A stretch of DNA of 64,000 bases, from the NCBI GenBank assembly GCA_963804995.1, contig CAWDSK010000006.1, positions 1,952,001 through 2,016,000 of the forward strand, written 5' to 3'. The first letter of the stretch is position 1; each line of letters begins with the position of its first letter. Under the pieces are notes generated by a model, which was given only the letters and a program-made list of their open reading frames with translations, did not search any database and was not told where the DNA came from. The translations under genes and the position numbers were made by a program. The stretch is from an uncultured Acidobacteriota bacterium. GTDB taxonomy: Bacteria; Acidobacteriota; Terriglobia; UBA7540. Shown piece by piece: positions 60,695 through 64,000 of the stretch.

Positions 60695-63600
60695 ATGCGA
60701 AATCGCACCATATCATTCATCATCTTTAGTTCTATGCTTTTTGGATTTCTGTTTCCCCTGACCGGGTGGGCGCAAACCACCGTCTCCTCGGGCAGCATTC
60801 AGGGAACGATCACGGACCCTAGCGGCGCGGTAATTCCCGGAGCCAAGATCACGATTTCCAGCAATGCAACGGGGCAGACCATCAATCTCACTTCAAGCAG
60901 CGGTGGCGCCTACAACTCGGGCGCGCTCATGCCCGGTGAGTACGTGGTGAGGGTAGAGTTTGCAGGTTTCAAGACTGTGCTTTTACCGGTGACCGTCCAG
61001 GTGGGTGTAACCTCAGCCGGGAACCTCAAGCTCGAGGTGGGTCATACGACCACCACGATTTCAGTGGAAACTGGCTACTCGCGCGTCAACACTGAGCAGG
61101 CAACGGTTCAGGGAGTTTTGACCGCTCAGCAGATCGAGCAGTTGCCTATCAACGGCCGCAACTTCCTGGATCTCGCAGCCTTGGAGCCCGGTGTTCAGAT
61201 TCAAGACGGCCGGGGATTCGACCCCACGAAAAACGGCTTCTCCTCGATTTCCTTTGGCAGCCGGTTCGGCCGCACGGCCCGCATTGAACTCGACGGGGTG
61301 GACATCAGCGACGAGACCGTGGGGACCACCACGCAGAATATCCCGGTGAGTGGCATCCAGGAATTCCAAGTCGCCCAATCCACGCTTGACCTTTCCACCG
61401 AGCTCACCTCCTCGGGTGCGGTGAACGTGGTCACCCGCTCCGGCAGCAACCAGTTTCATGGAGAGGGATTTGGCTACGGACGCAGCAGTGGCACCTCGGC
61501 GCGCTATGGCAACACGCCAGTTCCCTTCGACCGCGAGCAATATGGGGCGCGTTTTGGCGGGCCGTTTCTCAAGAACCGGCTCTTCTTCTTTGCCGATTGG
61601 GAACGGACCGTGCAAGACATGATTCAGAGCGTCTCCACTCCGGCGCCGTTCACGGCCCTCAGCGGATCGTACAATGCTCCCTTCCATGAATCCATGCTGA
61701 TGGCCCGTTTGGACTGGACCATCAAGCCCAACATGCGGGCTTTCTACCGCTGGACTTACAATCAGAATAACAATCAAGCCCCCTTTCTTATTAACACCTA
61801 TTCGCCGTATGCGAATCGTGACAATACTCCCGTGCAAGCTGCCGGGCTGGATATCACGCAAGGAATCATGTCACACAGCTTCCGCTTCGGCTATACGCGC
61901 TTCAATAACAGCATCGGCGATGCGGGGGGACGCGTTACCCCGTCGGGCCTGCCCACGAACGCTCGAATTAGTATTGGTCCTTTGTCCGGGTGCGGCCAAG
62001 CGGGAGATGTGTTTTGCTCCGGCCCCAACTATCTGGCCCCCCAGGCCACCGTGCAGCACAACACCCAGTTCAAGTATGACGCCAGCTTGATCAAAGGGTC
62101 CCATATCATACGGTTCGGCGCGGCGTTCAATCACATTCTGGGCGGGGGCTACGCCTCGTTCTACGGTCTGGGGCCGACCTTCCGCTCAAGTTTCACGTCC
62201 GCCAATCAGGCAATTGCGGCCAGCGGCCCCTTCGATGGAGGCGCCTCCAATCCCCTGAACTGGCCGATCAGCACCATGAGGTTTGGAAATGGCCAGGGAT
62301 TCTTCACTGAGATCCCCTCTCTGGGATATCCCGGCGGTGGACAGGAGGACAACCGCTTTGCCTTATACCTTGGCGATACGTGGAAAGCCAAACCGAACCT
62401 GACCGTCAGTTTCGGGGTGCGATATGCGCGGGACACTGGCCGCTCCGACAGCGACCTGCCGCCCATCCAAACCCTCAACCTGTGGGGTGCGGGGCTCGGC
62501 AACCGCGTGCACCAACCCAACCGGAACTTTGCTCCCCAACTCGGAATCGCCTACGATCCCTGGAAGTCCGGCAGGACGGTCTTCCGGGCAGGAGCGGGGA
62601 TCTATTACGAAAACGCGATTTTCAACAACGTCATGTTTGACCGCCCCGGACGGTTGCCCAAGGGATTGTTCTGGGGAGAAGCCAACCCCTGCCCCAGCGG
62701 CAACCTGCTCATGCCCGACGGATCGACCATCGATACTTCCAGCTTCTGCGGCGCCCCCATCGGCACGGTCCTCAATCAGGGCATCGCTCTGAATACAACC
62801 TACCAGAAAGCGACCGCGGCTGCCGGCGCGCAATCCAACCCAAATTACATCGACAACGCCATGGCCAACGGAAGCAACTCCACTGGTAATGGCTTCCTAA
62901 GCCCGGACTATCGCACGCCCTATTCCATCCAAATGAATGTGGGCTTTCAACATGAGTTCAAGCCCGGGACTGTCCTCAGTATCGATTACCTTCGTAACGT
63001 GGGCTTGCACTACATCCTGATCTACGACACCAATCATGTGGGCGACGCACGTTTCCTCGATCAGGGCGCAGCGCTGGGCGCGATCAATGCCACCAACGAA
63101 AGCTACCTCTGCCCGGACGGAGTGGGCGGCATCGACTGCGCGATTACGGCTGGCGCCGGGATCGCCGACTACGCCAACAACGGTCTGGACTCCGGCAAGG
63201 TGTATAACTCGGGGTATGGGGATTCAGGGACAGCTTTCCCAGGCATCAATTCAACGCTGGGGGAGAACGAGATGGCTTTCCCCATCGGTCGTTCCGTGTA
63301 TAACGCCATGCAAGTCTCCCTTCGTTCCAACAAGCAGAACCCCTTCCAGGGCGTTAAGAATCTGAGCTTGCAAGTGTCTTACTCCCTTTCGCGATTCGAG
63401 AGCATGGCACAGGATATGGATTTCACCAGCTACGCATATGACTATGCCAACATCAACCACTTCTTCGGGCCCAATGCCTTGGACCGGACTCACCAGCTCT
63501 CGTTTGGCGGATCCTTTGATTTCCCTCACGCGTTCCGACTGGCTTACAACGCGCGCTTTGCCACTGCCCTTCCGGTTGACATGCTCCTTCCCAGCGGTAC

Positions 63601-64000
63601 AGATCCTGGGGCTATCTACACCAGTGACTGGACCGGCGACGGCAGCAACCAGGATCACGTTCTCCCCGGGACGAACGTCGGCTCGTTCGGACGCGACGTA
63701 AAAGTGAGCAACCTCAACAACGTGATCAGTAAATACAATACGAACGTGGCGGGAACGCTTACACCCGCCGCTAAGGCGCTGGTCAACGCGGGCTTGGTTA
63801 CGAGCGACCAGATGGTCAAGCTCGGTGGGGTAATGGAGCCGGTTGCGGCCGCGCCGGCGGGGCAGGTGGCGAATCCACCCTCTCTCAACGCGGGGATTCT
63901 GTTGGGTTGGGTGCTCAGGCCCAGCAAGCGGTGGGCCTCCGCGCCGGAGAACTTGACTCTGGAACCCACGGTCTCCATATTCAATGTGTTCAACTTCTCC
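60695..64000 (+). CDS. TonB-dependent receptor-like (Oar-type) protein, 3' partial
   Basis: MRNRTISFIIFSSMLFG signal, GSIQGTITDPSGA, QLPINGRNFLDL, TRSGSNQFHG; runs off the window. Confidence 0.88.
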   Translation, partial: MRNRTISFIIFSSMLFGFLFPLTGWAQTTVSSGSIQGTITDPSGAVIPGAKITISSNATGQTINLTSSSGGAYNSGALMPGEYVVRVEFAGFKTVLLPVTVQVGVTSAGNLKLEVGHTTTTISVETGYSRVNTEQATVQGVLTAQQIEQLPINGRNFLDLAALEPGVQIQDGRGFDPTKNGFSSISFGSRFGRTARIELDGVDISDETVGTTTQNIPVSGIQEFQVAQSTLDLSTELTSSGAVNVVTRSGSNQFHGEGFGYGRSSGTSARYGNTPVPFDREQYGARFGGPFLKNRLFFFADWERTVQDMIQSVSTPAPFTALSGSYNAPFHESMLMARLDWTIKPNMRAFYRWTYNQNNNQAPFLINTYSPYANRDNTPVQAAGLDITQGIMSHSFRFGYTRFNNSIGDAGGRVTPSGLPTNARISIGPLSGCGQAGDVFCSGPNYLAPQATVQHNTQFKYDASLIKGSHIIRFGAAFNHILGGGYASFYGLGPTFRSSFTSANQAIAASGPFDGGASNPLNWPISTMRFGNGQGFFTEIPSLGYPGGGQEDNRFALYLGDTWKAKPNLTVSFGVRYARDTGRSDSDLPPIQTLNLWGAGLGNRVHQPNRNFAPQLGIAYDPWKSGRTVFRAGAGIYYENAIFNNVMFDRPGRLPKGLFWGEANPCPSGNLLMPDGSTIDTSSFCGAPIGTVLNQGIALNTTYQKATAAAGAQSNPNYIDNAMANGSNSTGNGFLSPDYRTPYSIQMNVGFQHEFKPGTVLSIDYLRNVGLHYILIYDTNHVGDARFLDQGAALGAINATNESYLCPDGVGGIDCAITAGAGIADYANNGLDSGKVYNSGYGDSGTAFPGINSTLGENEMAFPIGRSVYNAMQVSLRSNKQNPFQGVKNLSLQVSYSLSRFESMAQDMDFTSYAYDYANINHFFGPNALDRTHQLSFGGSFDFPHAFRLAYNARFATALPVDMLLPSGTDPGAIYTSDWTGDGSNQDHVLPGTNVGSFGRDVKVSNLNNVISKYNTNVAGTLTPAAKALVNAGLVTSDQMVKLGGVMEPVAAAPAGQVANPPSLNAGILLGWVLRPSKRWASAPENLTLEPTVSIFNVFNFS

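Overview
GC-rich bacterial window. The three Oar/TonB-like carboxypeptidase-regulatory-domain receptors and the general gene content suggest Acidobacteriota (Terriglobia-like); this is inference. Most genes are ordinary metabolic or housekeeping genes: nrdJ with tandem NrdR boxes, carD, yebC, methylmalonyl-CoA mutase, S9 peptidase, beta-CASP nuclease, MFS/APC transporters. There is also a frameshifted RM/HNH islet, a PIN toxin locus, an IS200-type/RAYT-like tnpA and dense nested REP/MITE repeats. The standout is the tRNA-Val(GAC) locus (40344-41453). A sigma70 promoter precedes four 89-bp pseudo-tRNA repeats, then the intact tRNA, then two ~317-bp units of a small GIY-YIG nuclease gene fused to a tRNA 3' portion. 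In all six pseudo-copies the anticodon arm is replaced exactly by a 16-nt GC hairpin. A second unexplained structure is a ~1.4-1.5 kb dispersed element present twice (7130-8593 minus, 56651-58020 plus), with a palindrome/promoter head and a fixed-spacing 45-nt motif repeated five times. Several single-base frameshifts probably reflect read errors.
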